Positions 28,124-46,896 of a stretch of 64,000 nt of DNA are shown piece after piece; position 1 is the stretch's first letter, and every line of letters begins with the position of its first letter. The notes beneath the pieces are model-generated. The model had not been told where the DNA came from, ran no database searches, and was given only the letters and a program-made list of their open reading frames with translations. The position numbers and the translations under genes are program-made. Source of the DNA: the human T2T-CHM13v2.0 reference genome, Homo sapiens. Location: NCBI RefSeq assembly GCF_009914755.1, contig NC_060937.1; one strand, given 5' to 3'.

Positions 28124-28587
28124 TCAAAGATGTAAATCATGAATGATGTTCTTTTTCACAAGGAAATAAAATGATATTTTTTTACAAATCACATATGTGT
28201 TGTTCTGTGACCTTTAGCAGCTTCATTAACATCTCTGGCCTTTGCTTCTACCTCGAAGAGTTGTGCAGCAGAGTAAATGCCAGAATACATAAAAAGAACA
28301 GAGAAATGTGTCCTGCACATTGTGAGCCTAAGGAAGTTTTACTATGATGATGATGATTACTGAATTCTGAAATCTAATAATCTCTTTTATGTTCTCTTGG
28401 AAGCTTGAAAGCACAAAGAACTTATTTAATCCCACGACAATTTATATTTTAAAACATATTCTCTTTTTTATGGAATGTTGCTTCAGCAACAGTGTTTGAT
28501 ATATGTGGAGTAGATGAATTAATATTTTCATAGAGTTTAAAAATGCATCTTCATAACACTGTGCCTGCATGGATATATATTACTTTG

Positions 28588-28690
28588 CATCTATCTGTCT
28601 ATCTATCGACCATCTATCTATTTATACATAGATATATCTGTGTATATATCTATCTACCTATCATTAATCTATCCCTATCTATTTGTATGA
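28588..28690. repeat. Degenerate (TCTA)n
   Basis: Low-complexity TCTA/TATA run. Confidence 0.7.
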
Positions 28691-29933
28691 TATAGCTGAG
28701 TAAGCCAACTTAAGAATATAGTTCAATATGCTTGTTGAAACACTTTTTGAAGATTCAAGAGAACTATGTGAATTCCCTTTTCTTTGTGTCTGTTCATATT
28801 TTAAAATCTGTGAGCTTTTACTTGTTTTTCTGTCATGGAGCTAAATAATAAGCTAGAGATTGCTGTTGTGGGAAACATAATGTCTGCTAAGCCATTTAGC
28901 AAGGTAAGGAGATCACCTGTGGCTAGTCTGAAGTTTGTTCCTGAAATAGATTGGGATCTGTCATCACCTGCCTGATGTGATAGAGGCCCAACAAATCCTT
29001 TTATCTCATCTGTGCTAGTGAGCAAGACTTTGTTTAACCATGATGAAAAAAGGTCCCATGGTAAAAGGGAAATGGGTTTCCTGCAGAATCGAAACATCCA
29101 AATGACCATAAAAAGTGTATGCAGGTAAACATCATTTTTACAATATTGCTTTATAGCAGATTATAGGACTCACCTTGTGTGCCATAGACTACATGAGGGA
29201 ATTAGAAAGAAACAGAGTTTCGGCTTCCAAGGAAGTCCGTCAGAATAACACAGCTAAAACTGTTGCTAGAAGTAATCCCTGAACAGAGCTTGAAATCGCA
29301 TTGCTTTAAAGAACAACAACAAATATAAACCAGTAAAAAAAAATTGGCACAATTTTCTACAATGTATTTATTTTAGATAATAAAAAATACCTATTTTATA
29401 TTCCAAGTATGTCTGTATTATAACACTGTGTTTCTTCAAGGGAATGATAAATCAATTTACTTTTAACAATAGCATATATTAAGGTAACATCTTAAGAAGA
29501 AAAATAGAGATGCTAAGTATTTGAGTAACAGTTTTAAACAATCATATTTTACTTATTATGAGATTTATTTTTCATGATTTAACATCACTCTATGTTATTA
29601 GAGTATTGATAAATAAAATTTCCGTGTGTGCATGTGTGTGTATTTCTAGACTTACAGAGAGTAAAGCCAATAGATGACAGTCAAAATCAAAATTAACAAA
29701 AGGGCTTAAATTATGCAGATAAGAAAAAAAGTTGCAATATTATGATAACAGAATAAGAAAGTTAGCACAAGTCATTACATTACCACATTAGTGTAATTCT
29801 AATTAATGAAAATATGCTTTCTTAGACTTTTTTTATGCCTTGTATTACTTGTTGTTTCCTCCACAATTATTATTATGCAAATAAAGTAATCATTTGATAA
29901 TATCATCATAGTTACATGTAGACTGAAAAATTA

Positions 29934-30250
29934 GGCCAGGCATGGTGGCTTGCACCTGTAATCCCAGCACTTTGGGAGCCGAGTTAGGTGGATCACTTGA
30001 ACCCAGGAGTTTGAGACCAGTCTGGGCAACATGGCAAGACTCTATCTCTTCAAAACACACAAAATTAGCAAGCTATGGTGATGTAGACCTGTAGTCCCAG
30101 CTACTTGAGAGGTTGAGGTGGGAGGATCGCTTGATCCCAGGAGATTAGGCTGCAGTGAGCTATGATCATACCATTGCACTCCAGCCTGGGCTACAGAGTG
30201 AGATCCTATCTCAAAATGAAAAAAAAAAAAAAGAAAAAAGAAAAGAAAAA
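29934..30250 (+). mobile_element. AluJ
   Basis: GAGGATCGCTTGATCCCAGG, GCTGCAGTGAGCTATGATC; TSD aaaaatta. Confidence 0.93.
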
Positions 30251-31630
30251 ATTAACATAAAAGAGTCTCCAAAAGAAAGGATATTGTAACAGTTTTTTAA
30301 TGTATAATTTTTAGCAGCTCATACGGTAATTAGGATTAAATGTTTTATAATATTTGATTTTATAGAAATAGAATTATATTTGCTATCTATAATGCAAAAT
30401 ATAAATTTATAGAAAAAACAATCTTATTTGGAAAATGAGATATAATTCAATTGTAAAGACGATTTTCTTTGCAATAAAACAAATATGATCAGTAATTAAA
30501 ATGTATTATCAATAAAATTGAATGAAATGAAAACATGCTTTTCTGAAAGTCAAAACATAAGACTGACCTTCTCTATAGTTGTCCTAGGCCAACCTATAGT
30601 TGTCCTAAAGTTGACTTAGGTCAACTACAGAGAAATAATGATTCAAATAATATGCAATTAATAAATTATGAACATGTTATTATTTTTATTTATCTTATTT
30701 GTTTTCTCAAAGGTCTGTTTCTTAAAATTAAAGGCTGTGTTGGAGCATATGTTCATGAATGGGTCTTGACAAGTGACACATCTTCTTTAGGGCATGAGCC
30801 ATGGAAACAGCTATTTGTGATACAATATTCATGCACAAAATTAAAGATTTGTTTTGTTCTATTGAACCAATACCCATACAAAAAGGTGTTGTTTTCAATA
30901 TTTCTCTTCTTTTTGCAAAACTAGGGGTAAGAAATAGATCCTGCTAGTTGTGCTGATGTTATCAATTAGGGTTTAACTAGAGAAGCAGAATTTATTTATA
31001 CATAAAATATTCATAAAATGTATATTCTAAAATATGCTCTTACATTGATTCTATATATATTAGTTAAAAACAAGTTATAGATTATGCCTACATTGAAGGG
31101 GAGGAAACTGTTGAAGTGGGTTCCTAGAGTGTATCCACAATATCTGATTACAATATTTGAAAGATGAAGTAACAATTGAAAAATCGTCAGGCATAATTTC
31201 TCCTACATCTTAATAGCTACATCTTCAATGAATGATTCATCTCTTCCAAGGTTCTCACTACCACACTACATAATTCAGACCTCCCAACTTACAATCTCCC
31301 ATGAGTTTTTAATCGATGATTATTTCCACATGAATGACATTCTTCTTGTTTTTCATCCATTTTGTTCCAATATCTAGGTTTTGTGAACTTACTATTCTAT
31401 TCTCTTTTTTTTTGATTTTTAATCTGTATATTTTATTACATACCGTTTATAACTTTTAGATGGGCCCCCTTTGTGGAATTCACATTTACCAGAAATATGG
31501 TACTCATTGAAAATGGTGTATAAAATCAGAAAAGATACATCTAATGCATTATTGTCTCTTTCTTGTTCTTCCTCTCTTCTCTCTATTTCCCCTTTCTCTC
31601 CCCCTTCTCTCCCCATCTCTGTCACTTTTA

Positions 31631-31978
<348 letters not shown>

Positions 31979-32283
31979 TCAAAAGCAACATTTTAAACAA
32001 GGAAATCTGCAAAGTAAATCTTGGATATTTGTATTTTATATATATATAAACTTTAAATAAATAAATACATATATTATATATATATGAAAAGATAGCCATC
32101 GATCTACAAACCAAATTATGAATTAATGTTGAAATAATCAATTCTGAGCATTATATCTGAATAGCTATTTAGTTATTTCAGGTAAAATATTAATAATCCT
32201 AAGTTTCAATATAAAAAGTTTCTTTTGCCAAAAACTTTTCCGCCTCAAACAGAATTACCTATCTTGATAAATGTTACACAGTT

Positions 32284-32781
32284 TGTTGCTGAAACACTGG
32301 GAATTTGGACTAGTTCCCATTGCTCATAGCACAGAAAGTCAATCAATGTGACAGAAAGATGGTCAGGGAAGAAGGCTTTATTTGGATGCCACAGTCAAAG
32401 AGAACAGATTCGGTTCAAATTTGTCTCATCAACTGACTAAAATTTGGGGTTTACATGTAATAGCAAAGAAGAAACGTAACTCTGTGTGAGAAAACAGGAA
32501 TTAGGGAGGAGTAGGGAAGAGAAGTTGGTCCGTAGGAAGCAGGTGATCAGTTAGGCAGTCATAACAGGTGAGGGATCTGGCATCTCATTGTATAGATGAA
32601 GTGGTCTGTTAAGTTTCACTTCCTTGATACTATCTGAGAGGCCTGATGATTGATTTCCAGAGAAAGGAACTCGGATAACACAAATGTAAGTTGCTCAAGT
32701 TTTAAGATTGGGAAGGTCAATTTCTACCTTCATTTAACAAACTGTACACACTAGTTCTGTGGAACAATTGGCCCAGTTTCA
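32284..32781 (-). mobile_element. Solo ERV1 LTR, LOR1a-like
   Basis: TG...CA termini, antisense AATAAA (tttatt 32378), 4-bp TSD agtt/aatt. Confidence 0.78.
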
Positions 32782-34466
32782 AATTGACAGACTAATCTTC
32801 CTATAACACAAATATAAGCATTCCAGCATCTTGTGTAAATTTGTTTAATAGCTCCCATTGTCATTGACATGAAGTTCAAGTGTCTTAAGGAGCACCATAA
32901 CACCCTTTTTGATCCAACTCCTACCTTCATTTATGTAGCTGAAGCTCCCTTCCCTTCCAACGTACACAAGATATTACATCCTTTGTTGCTTTCTCTTGCC
33001 TCTGGGTTCATAGGCTTGTGATGCTTTTTAACAGGAACAGGCTGACTCTCCATATATCCTTGAAAATATTCATGACCCCAACCCATATAGCTTTTAGAAC
33101 TCTGCCATAGAACAATTGATAATAATTTTACACTAAACCTTTATAAATACATGTTGAAGGTAAGAGAAAATTATAGTCCCTAATTATTCTGCCCTGCAGA
33201 ACAAATTATTTCACTATGATAAAATACTATAGAGCAAAAGTTGTATACAATGGCATTAGGATATTTTGTGTGTGTTTGTAAAAAAACAAAAACAGACATC
33301 ATGCAGGTCGTGTTCCTATAATATATATATTTTATCTTTGTTTTATTATAGTATTGAGAGATTCAATATTAAACATTAAAGAGTGTTAGTTGATTTTGAG
33401 AAAAGTTATAAGCAGATACAGACTCAGCATGCCCACTTCATTTTTACTGTCTTTTCCCTCCTCTTATTTAGTTTGTAATATTCACTTTTGCCTGACAAAG
33501 ATAGTTGTTTAGAACACATGGTCAATAACAGGAAGTTCCAGATAAACTGTACCATAACTGTAAGCTTGTCATATTTTCTCATAATTACGTGACCATCCTG
33601 CTGAGAAAAGCACTTGCTGGGGAATGCTCATTACATTTCTTTTCACCAAGGGTACTATTACACCCTTCCCATTGTTGTTGTGCAGGATACCATAAGAGAA
33701 TCTGATTTCTTACTGCAGATGCTGTTACTAGCTTGAGGGGAAAATATATTTTTTAAGTGTTGCAAATGGTTTGTTTCTAAAGGAATCTAAGAAAAGACAT
33801 TTGTTTTTCCTAAGCACTCCAGATACTTTGTGTATCAGATTTATGGCTGCTAAACATACTTGTTTATTAAGAGTATATGGTTATAGGTATTCACATTAAT
33901 AAATGGAGAAATACAATTTATTGAATGATTGTTTTGAACAAAGCATGATTCTGGGCATTAAGGGAATAAAATTCTGCATAATACATAATGTCTTTTATTT
34001 AAGAGACCACAATCTATTAAGGATTTGTGTAAACACATCCTCTAAATCATGAGAACCTCAATGTAAATTGTTAATTGTCTGAGACAAAAATTATTAGAAA
34101 AAAAATGAATAAAATTAGACAGTATTAACTAAATTTATGATGGTATCAATAGTATTACTACCCCCTTAATGTCTTTAATATTTTACCATTCATACTTTTG
34201 TTTATTATATAATTTTAACAGAAAGCATATAAATATAATTTTTCTTTTTTATTTTCTTATTATTATACTTTAAGTTTTAGGGTACATGTGCACAACATGT
34301 AGGTTAGTTACATATGTATACATGTGCCATGTTAGTGTGCTGCACCCATTAACACATCATTTAGCATTAGGTATGTCTCCTAATGCTATCCCTCCCCCCT
34401 TCCCCCACCCCACCAGAGTCCCCGGTGTGTGATGTTCCCCTTCCTGTGTCCATGTGTTCTTATTGT

Positions 34467-38288
<3,822 letters not shown>

Positions 38289-38351
38289 TATGATGTTAGC
38301 TGGTTATTTTGCTGGTTAGTTGATGCAGTTTTTTCCTAGCCTTGATGGTCT

Positions 38352-39364
38352 TTACAATTTGGCATGTTTTTGCAGTGGCTGGTACTGGTTGTTCCTTTCC
38401 ATGTTTAGTGCTTCCTTCAGGAGCTCTTTTAGGGCAGGCCTGGTGGTGACAAAATCTCTCAGCATTTGCTTGTCTGTAAAGTATTTTATTTCTCCTTCAC
38501 TTATGAAGCTTAGTTTGACTGGGTATGAAATTCTGGGTTGAAAATTCTTTCCTTTAAGAATGTTGACTATTGGCCCCCACTCTCTTCTGGCTTGTAGAGT
38601 TTCTGCCAAGAGATCAGCTGTTAGTCTGATGGGCTTCCCTTTGTGGGTAACCCGACCTTTCTCTCTGGCTGCCCTTAACATTTTTTCCTTCATTTCAACT
38701 TTGGTGAATCTGACAATTATGTGTCTTGGAGTTGCTCTTCTTGAGGAGTATCTTTGTGGCGTTCTCTGTATTTCCTGAATTTGAATGTTGGCCTGCCTTG
38801 CTAGATTGGGGAAGTTCTCCTGGATGATATCCTGCAGATTGTTTTCCAACTTGGTTCCATTCTCCCCATCACTTTCAGGTACACCAATCAGACATAGATT
38901 TGGTCCTTTCACATAGTCCCATATTTCTTGGAGGCTTTGTTAATTTCTTTTTATTCTTTTTTCTCTAAACGTCTCTTCTCTCTTCATTTCATTCATTTTG
39001 TCTTCCATTGCTGATACCCTTTCTTCCAGTTGATCGCATCGGCTATTGAGGCTTGTGCATTTGTCATGTAGTTCTCGTGCTGTGTTTTTCAGCTCCATCA
39101 GGTCCTTTAAGGACTTCTCTGCATTGGTTATTCTAGTTAGCTATTTGTCTAATTATTTTTCAAGGTTTTTAACTTCTTTGCCATGGGTTCGAACTTCCTC
39201 CTTTAGCTCAGAGTAGTTTGATCTTTTGAAGCCTCCTTCTCTCAACTCATCAAAGTCATTCTCCATCCAGCTTTGTTCCATTGTGAGGAGCTGCATTCCT
39301 TTGGAGGAGGAGAGGCACTCTGATTTTTAGAGTTTCTGATTTTTCTGCTCTGTTTTTTCCCCAT
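38352..39364 (-). pseudogene. L1 ORF1, disrupted
   Basis: Only the C-terminal 186 aa are open (ENFPNLARQANIQIQEIQRTP...QKHAKL). Confidence 0.9.
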
Positions 39365-39939
39365 CTTTGTGGTTTTATCTACCTTTGGTCTTTGATGATG
39401 GTGACATACAGATGGGTTTTTGGTGTGGATGTCCTTGCTGTTTGTTAGTTTTCCTTCTAACAGTCAGGACCCTCAGCTGCAGGTCTGTTGGAGTTTGCTG
39501 GAGGTCCACTCCAGACACTGTTTGCCTGGGTATCAGCAGTGGTGGCTGCAGAACAGCGGATATTGGTGAACCGTAAATGCTGCTGCCTGATCGTTCCTCT
39601 GGAAGTTTTGTCTCAGAGGAGTACCCGGCTGTGTGAGGTGTCAGTCCGCCCCTACTTGGGGGTGCCTCCCAGTTAGGCTACTCAGGGGTCAGGGATCCCC
39701 TTGAGGAGGCAGTCTGCCGATTCTCAGATCTCAAGCTGTGTGCTGGGAGAACCACTACTCTCTTCAATGCTGTCAGATAGGGACATTTAAGTCTGCAGAG
39801 GTTACTGCTGCCTTTTGTTTGTCTGTGCCCTGCCCCCAGAGGTGGAGCCTACAGACGCAGGCAGGCCTCCTTGAGCTGTGGTGGGCTCCACCCAGTTTGA
39901 GCTTCCCAGCCACTTTGTTTACCTACTCAAGCCTCAGCA

Positions 39940-40266
39940 ATGGCGGGCACCCCTCCCCCACCCTCACTGCTGCCTTGCAGTTTGATCTCAGACTCCTGTG
40001 CTGGCAATGAGCCAGGCTCCATGGACGTAGGACCCTCTGAGCCAGGTGCGGGATATAATCTCCTGGTGTGCCGTTTGTTAAGCCTGTTGGAAAAGTGCAG
40101 TATCAGGGTGGGAGTGACCCGATTTTCCAGGCGCTGTCTGTCACCCCTTTCTTTGACTAGGAAAGGGAATTCCCTGACCCCTTGCACTTCCCGGGTGAGA
40201 CGATGCCTCTCCCTGCTTTGGCTCATGCACGGTACACTGCACCCACTGTCCGGCACTCCCCAATGA
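39940..40266 (+). CDS. ORF0: L1 antisense ORF0 homologue, open, 108 aa
   Basis: MAGTPPPPSLLPCSLISDSC...VGPSEPG...IRVGVTRFSR matches the recalled primate L1 ORF0; expression unknown. Confidence 0.7.
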   Translation: MAGTPPPPSLLPCSLISDSCAGNEPGSMDVGPSEPGAGYNLLVCRLLSLLEKCSIRVGVTRFSRRCLSPLSLTRKGNSLTPCTSRVRRCLSLLWLMHGTLHPLSGTPQ

Positions 40267-42770
40267 GATGAACCCAGTACCTCAGTTGGAAATGCAGAAA
40301 TCACCTGTCTTCTGCTTCGCTGACGCTGGGAGCTGTAGACTGGAGCTGTTGCTATTTGGCTATCTTGGCTCCACCCCCTAAACTTCTCTTAAGTGTTAGG
40401 CTTGGAGTATGCAAATGCTAGTGGCTCTGAATGTTGGTGCTTTCATCCTGAAAGGATTCAACTGTCTCTTCATGAGAAGATGGATTACAGGCATATCACC
40501 TTAATTCAGATGAAACTAGTCTATTGCAAGGATTTCTCTAACCACAAACTATAACCCTTTTAGAGACTTAACTGAATGCCTGGCATACTTACTAAGTTTT
40601 CTCTTTCTTGGCCCCTGAATTCAAGCTTTTTGGTTTTGCAGCATTCCTATGAAAGTGTCAAATACTCTGCTTAACTTTTCAGCTTCTTAAATAGTTGCTT
40701 CCTCTTCATTCCCCTGTCTTTCTCTGTCGCTCAAAAATTCAAGGCATGTAACAGAAGCCCCAGGCTTTATTGTGTACAAAATATTGAGCTACTTTTCACT
40801 GTTTCTTTTTCTCCAAGATTATAGTAGCCTGGGACTCCAATGTTAGCCTGCTCAGCACAACTAGATCCAGATGATGGTTGTACCCTGTAAGTTATCAGAA
40901 AATAGCAGAAGCAAATGCAATGTTCATTTCAATGTCTGCCTTCCCTCCAGATCCTTACTGCTCATGGTCTGTGTTTGTTGCTAGCCATACTAATAAGAGT
41001 AGTACATATGAGACATTTAGGAGAGGGATATATGTTTATTTATGTTTATGAGACATTTGTGGTGCTTGGATGTTTAACATAGTATTTAACATTTACATAC
41101 AGGATGAGGCCTATAGGTGTTCTAATAGTCAAATCAACCAATTTCAATAAGAGGTGATGCAAAAGGATTATACAGTTTATGTATTTTAGAATCATTTCTA
41201 AAACTAAGAAATAATAAATGTAACTATGGCCATTTATTTTGAGGCTCTGAATCTCTTTTGTATTTTCACAAGATAATTTTATAACAGAAGTGATATTATT
41301 TCCATGGTTACTCAGTATGTTAATGCTTGTGCTGGTTAAAGCTTGTATGTCAGATATCGACTAGATTTTCTATTTATAGAAACAGACACTAGCACAAAAT
41401 TATTTATGAACTTCCCAAATTTAGCACAAATCATGTAGTTAAATGTAAAATGCAGATTATTTTTTGAGTTCTCATTATCTTTCTGAGGCATCTTTAATTG
41501 CTTTCGGTTAAGTGTTCTGAATCTCTAAGTTTCATCTATTAGTCTTGGCAGCTGATGATATGGCTAGGTTTGCTGTATAGCCTCCATTAAAAAAATGAAG
41601 AGACCCAACTGATGCTTTACAGTTTTAGAAAAATGAATGACATTAACTAGAAATGGCCCTAATTATTGCAAATCACATAAGAAAATTATGCTACGACAAC
41701 CTGTTATGACCTTCATGTTAGATCTTGAACATTTGGTCTTCAAACTATTTTTCTAATATTTGCTGGCTTTTCTCTATTTGTTTTTAGACAGTTTGATAGG
41801 CCCTCAGGATATTTAAAGTGCTTAAATATAAAAAATATTTTTTACTTTCCTTTCTTCAGACCTACTGTGCATTATTTTTATATTATTCTAATTAAGTAAA
41901 ATGTGTTATCTGACTTTAAAAAACAAATTGGTCTTTATTGTAGATCATTTATTTATGAAGATAGAAGAGATTATTATATCAACTTGATGCTTAATTTTGC
42001 TTTATTTAACAAAATTTATTTTCTCTTTTGCAACTGAAAGACTAATGAGCTCTTGTTCTTGTCTATATGAAAATGTGAACTAAAAAGTACTATTTTCTGA
42101 AAGAAAAGGATCCAGTCATAAATTGTGAATGAGAGACAACAGTGACTATTTTTAACTTATAACATATAAATATTAGCTTAAGCCCACACTGATTTCTCAG
42201 TATAAAAAGTATCATATGTGGGAGTGGAGGCAGTTAAATATGAAATACGAGGCTTATATTTTCAAGGAAATATGAAATTTACACTCAAAGTTATTATTCT
42301 GCAATCTGGGGTCACTGTTAATTCTATATATTGTCAGGAAATAAATACTAAACAGTATTTTTACACACAGTAGAATATAGTAAACAAAATGTATGTCTTG
42401 TTGCTACTTGTTAAATATCCATGTCTCTAAATTAGTTTATAATCTTAGTAGGATGTTCCTTTTGTAACTAATTTTTAATAATGGAGATTTTTACATGAGA
42501 TACACTTATTATCTATTTTAGCAAAAAATAGCTTATTGAACAAATAAACTTTAAATAAATTGAGTAATTCTTTTGTATATGGAGAGATAGTATAACTAAT
42601 GATTAAGAGTTCTGTAGAAATTGACTCAAATCCAGAATTGTGTTTATATTTTTGTTTTGCCATTGACCATATTTATAACTTTGAGCAAAAGTCTCGGTAT
42701 ATCTCTGTCTGATATACATCAGTTTAATAATATTACCTATAACACAGGTTCTTTGTGAAGATAAATAAGC

Positions 42771-43006
42771 CAGTTTTTCTCAACCTTTTCTATCCTTTAT
42801 TGTCCTACCAAGGAGCTTCTCTAGGCATTTTTCCCAATCCCTCAGCATTAAATTTTATGCCTCATGCACACTATATATCTGTTTATCATCTGTGGTCCTA
42901 TGGAGGGTCACAAACTATTGTTATAGCTAACACTTTTTTCTTTATTCCTGCCCCAGAACTAATTTCTGCCTCTTGGGTTCATATTGTCCATGTTGAAAAG
43001 ATTTGA
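42771..43006. mobile_element. hAT-Charlie MITE (MER112-like) inside a MIR (~42590-43080)
   Basis: TIRs cagtttttctcaac / gttgaaaagatttg; MIR motifs on both sides. Confidence 0.5.
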
Positions 43007-44559
43007 AATAAACTAAATTCTCATGGAGTGCTTAAACTCTTACCACTCAATATATCAGTACATGTTAGATATTATTACTGTTATTATAATTAATATAGAC
43101 AGTAGATGCACCTTCATAATACTTGAATATATATTTATATATTGGCATATATAGTTATGAATATATTTTTATTAGTATTTTTTATTGAAGAGGCATATTC
43201 CATGTGTATGAAATTAAAATTTCACTGAATTTTCACTGACTCTAATATGGATTTATAGTTTTTTTAATTTTAGACGCAATGAGAATATTTTAATCCACAT
43301 ATAGTAACAAATTTATTCGCTATGGAGACATGTAATGGTGCTGTAAATAGAAATACAATATAATTTTAGGGTAACTAAAACGTTTGGTAGGGAATGAATA
43401 AATTCTATGCATTCAGACCAATTCTACTATGGTAATATTTAGGAGCAATCATATCATAGAAACATAAAATCATAATTCAGAAAAATGTAAAAAGTGAGTA
43501 ATACAATTATACTTTTCTTAAGTACAGTAAGGGCTGTCAGTCAGCATGGACTGATATGATGCACACCATTTATCAATGTGTCCTGTTACATGGCTGAGTG
43601 AGACCCTTTACAAATGAGACTCTAAAAATAACTCTTACAAGTGGAGTAAACTCTGCATTAATCATAATCCAAAAGGTAATTCACAAATTTGGATTTAGTA
43701 TTAAGGATTCTCCTCTCCTTCAGTTGAAGGCAACACAGTGAGATAAAGAATAGGAAATCATAAAAGATAAATAAATTAAGATAAAGAGGCAACATTGAAA
43801 GATGTCAATAAAAATGTCATGGGTTATCCTGGATAATAAAATAGCATGGCAGAGAAACAATATTCAAAATGATGATGACTGAGAATTCTTTAGAAATGAA
43901 GTCATAACTCTTCTAAGAAAATGAGATCATGGAGGCTTGGGCAATACAACTAAAGAAATATATGCATATAAATAAAATTACATTTTCATTAAACTGCCAA
44001 ACATTAAGAATAGTGAGAAAATTGCATATGTACTAAAGAGAATAATAGTATACTTTGAAATAAATTTTAGACCGTAATGACACATCTCATTAACAATAAA
44101 ATAACAACAAAAAGTAGTGAGAAAATTGAGTAGCATGTTTAAACTATCAGAAGAGATGAGAGGGAATTGATCTACAATACTAGAATTTTATGTGCAGACA
44201 AATCCACATCTGGAAATGAAATCACAGTAAGATATTTTCGGGAGACCAAAACATAAAAATTGCTAGAATAAATTTGCCACGAACGAGTAACTAGACATTA
44301 GAAATTGACTACATAGATATAGTAATACTAAAAGTGCTGAAAACAAGCAAACACAACACACACATTCTCAATTCTTTTTTTTTTCTATCAAATATCTTCA
44401 ACTTTTTAAAAAATTCCACTGGTTGGTATTTCTCAATAAGTTGCTGTGGTTGGCATACCATATAGGTGGATTTTAAAGTACCAAAGTAATTAAAACAAAA
44501 AGAAAAGCTGTAAGTAATGCTTATGACTTATATTTAAAATGATGAAAAAAAAAAAAACA

Positions 44560-44894
<335 letters not shown>

Positions 44895-45402
44895 TTACTT
44901 GCATAGCTGTTAGTTTCAGATGGTTAGTCATATTTCTTCTAACTAATAAGAGCAGAGCATCTGAGTATAGAAGGAAGCACAGCGAATTCATGTTTTTTTA
45001 TTTTATTAACTAGTGACTCTCACATTGCAGACTTCATTAGTTAATAGAGTAACGATATTATAGTTAGAAAACGAATCTTCAGACTTGGGCCTCATATTTT
45101 ATACCTATAGATTTAGCTGCATCAAAATATCCATGAGTTATCTTTGATAAATAACTACATCATAGTCCTAGCATGATTTTCTGACTATTTTTGTTTCCCT
45201 TTATTTAAATAATATAAATTGACTTTCAATATAAACATCTCTACATTGGCATTTCTTATTTCTTGTGATTTAATTTTCATTAATTCTTAGTCTGGTTTCA
45301 CTGGTATTTCCTCTTTTATTGCCGAGAGAATACTGATATACAGGTATAACTTGGAGAAATCACGGGTTAGGTTATAAACCACCACAATAAAACAAATATT
45401 GA

Positions 45403-45537
45403 GGCCAGGTGCAGTGGCTCACACTTACAATCCTAGTACTTTGGGAGGCTGAAGCAGGTGGATTGCTTTAGCCCAGGAGTTTGAGACCCCTTATGAACAT
45501 AGCAACAATCTGTCTCTATAAAAAATAAATAAATAAA
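45403..45537 (+). mobile_element. Alu left monomer (FLAM/AluJ left arm)
   Basis: Single arm with (TAAA)n tail, no TSD visible. Confidence 0.85.
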
Positions 45538-46351
45538 CATTTTCTAAAAAGAAATTACTCCTTTATCTATGGGCTGCAGAATGGATATTATGTTAGCAGG
45601 CATGAAAACCACATTAGTCTCCTTGTACACCTCTGTCCGAGCTTTTGGATGACAGGTGCTTTGTCTGTGAGCAGTAATATTTTGAAAAGGAATCTTTCTT
45701 TCTAAGTCGTAGTTCTCAAGAATGAACTTAAGATATTCAGTAAACCTTACTGGAAACAGATATGTGGTCATCTAAGCTCTGTGCTTATAGAGCACAGACA
45801 GGGTAGGTTTTGCATAATTCTTAAGGTCTCTAGAATTTTCAGAATGGTAAATGAGCATTGGCTTCAACTTAAAAGTCGCCAGCGGCATTAGCTTTAACAA
45901 GAGAGCAAGGCTGTCATTTGAAGCTTTGAAGCCAGGCACTGACTTCTCTGTCTATGAGAGTCTTGGATATCACCTTCTTCCAATAAAAGGCTCTTCAGTC
46001 TACAACAAAAATCTGCTATTTAATGTAGCCATCTTCATCAATTGTCTTAGCGAGATTTTCTGGACAATTGCTGTGGTTTCTCCATCAGTACTTGCTGCTT
46101 CATCTTGCACTTTTATGCTGTGGACATGACTTCTTTTCTTAAACCTCATGAAGCAACCTCCACTAGCTTCAGACTTTTCTTCAGTAGCTTCCTAACCTCT
46201 CTCAGCCTTCATAGAATTGGAGAGTTAGGGCCTCACAATGAATTAGGATTCAGTGTAAGGAAATGTTGTGGCTAGTTTGATCTTCTATCCAGACTACTCA
46301 AACTTTCTTATATCAGCAACAAGGCTGTTTCTTTTTTATCATTCATGAATT

Positions 46352-46896
46352 TGTAACTGGCTCAAGTCTGGCTGCTCGCTCCTCAGAGGCTGAAAACATG
46401 AGAAGCTAGGTGTGGTGAAACCAAAGCAGCTTTATTGTTCAAATGCTAAAGATGGGAGGATGGACTGGCTCAAGCCTTAAAGAAACCATCTCGACTTTTT
46501 GAACTCAGTGAACGGGTTTAAGGAAAACGTGGGAAATATGCAAAGGTGGTGCAGGAGGGTGCAGGTCTGTGTGTCTTATTCCCATGGATATCTTGAGTAA
46601 TCGCTTGTCCAGAGGTGGGGTTTGTGTCATCCTGAATTCAACCCAGCAATGGTAGGGTACTGTTCATAACTCACCCTAAGCCAGAAGATTCCTCAGCTGG
46701 GTCTCTCTGCCTGGTTTGTTCCATCACTGGCCCCTGGCATTTCTAAGAAAACAAGTAATTAGATAAGCGAGCACTGTTCGTGGAAGTGCCTGGTGAGAAA
46801 GGGAGAAACAAAGACTTTCAAAGTGTGTTTCAAAGCTGAAAGCAGGAAAAAAAAAAAGATGCAAAATGCATTTTGAGGCTGGGATATTCGGTTACA
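46352..46896 (-). mobile_element. Solo ERV1 (MER4-group) LTR nested in Tigger1
   Basis: TGTAAC...GTTACA termini, antisense AATAAA near 46432; Tigger1 resumes on both sides. Confidence 0.75.

Noticed and set aside
28801-29109. 102-aa ORF in unique sequence
   Set aside because: No recognisable domain; length compatible with chance
41007-41058. 12-bp direct repeat tatgagacattt flanking 28 bp
   Set aside because: Insert is unrecognisable and low complexity; likely local slippage
43700-44500. Very old L1M ORF1-like remnant
   Set aside because: Purine-rich with a few suggestive motifs, but too diverged to call boundaries
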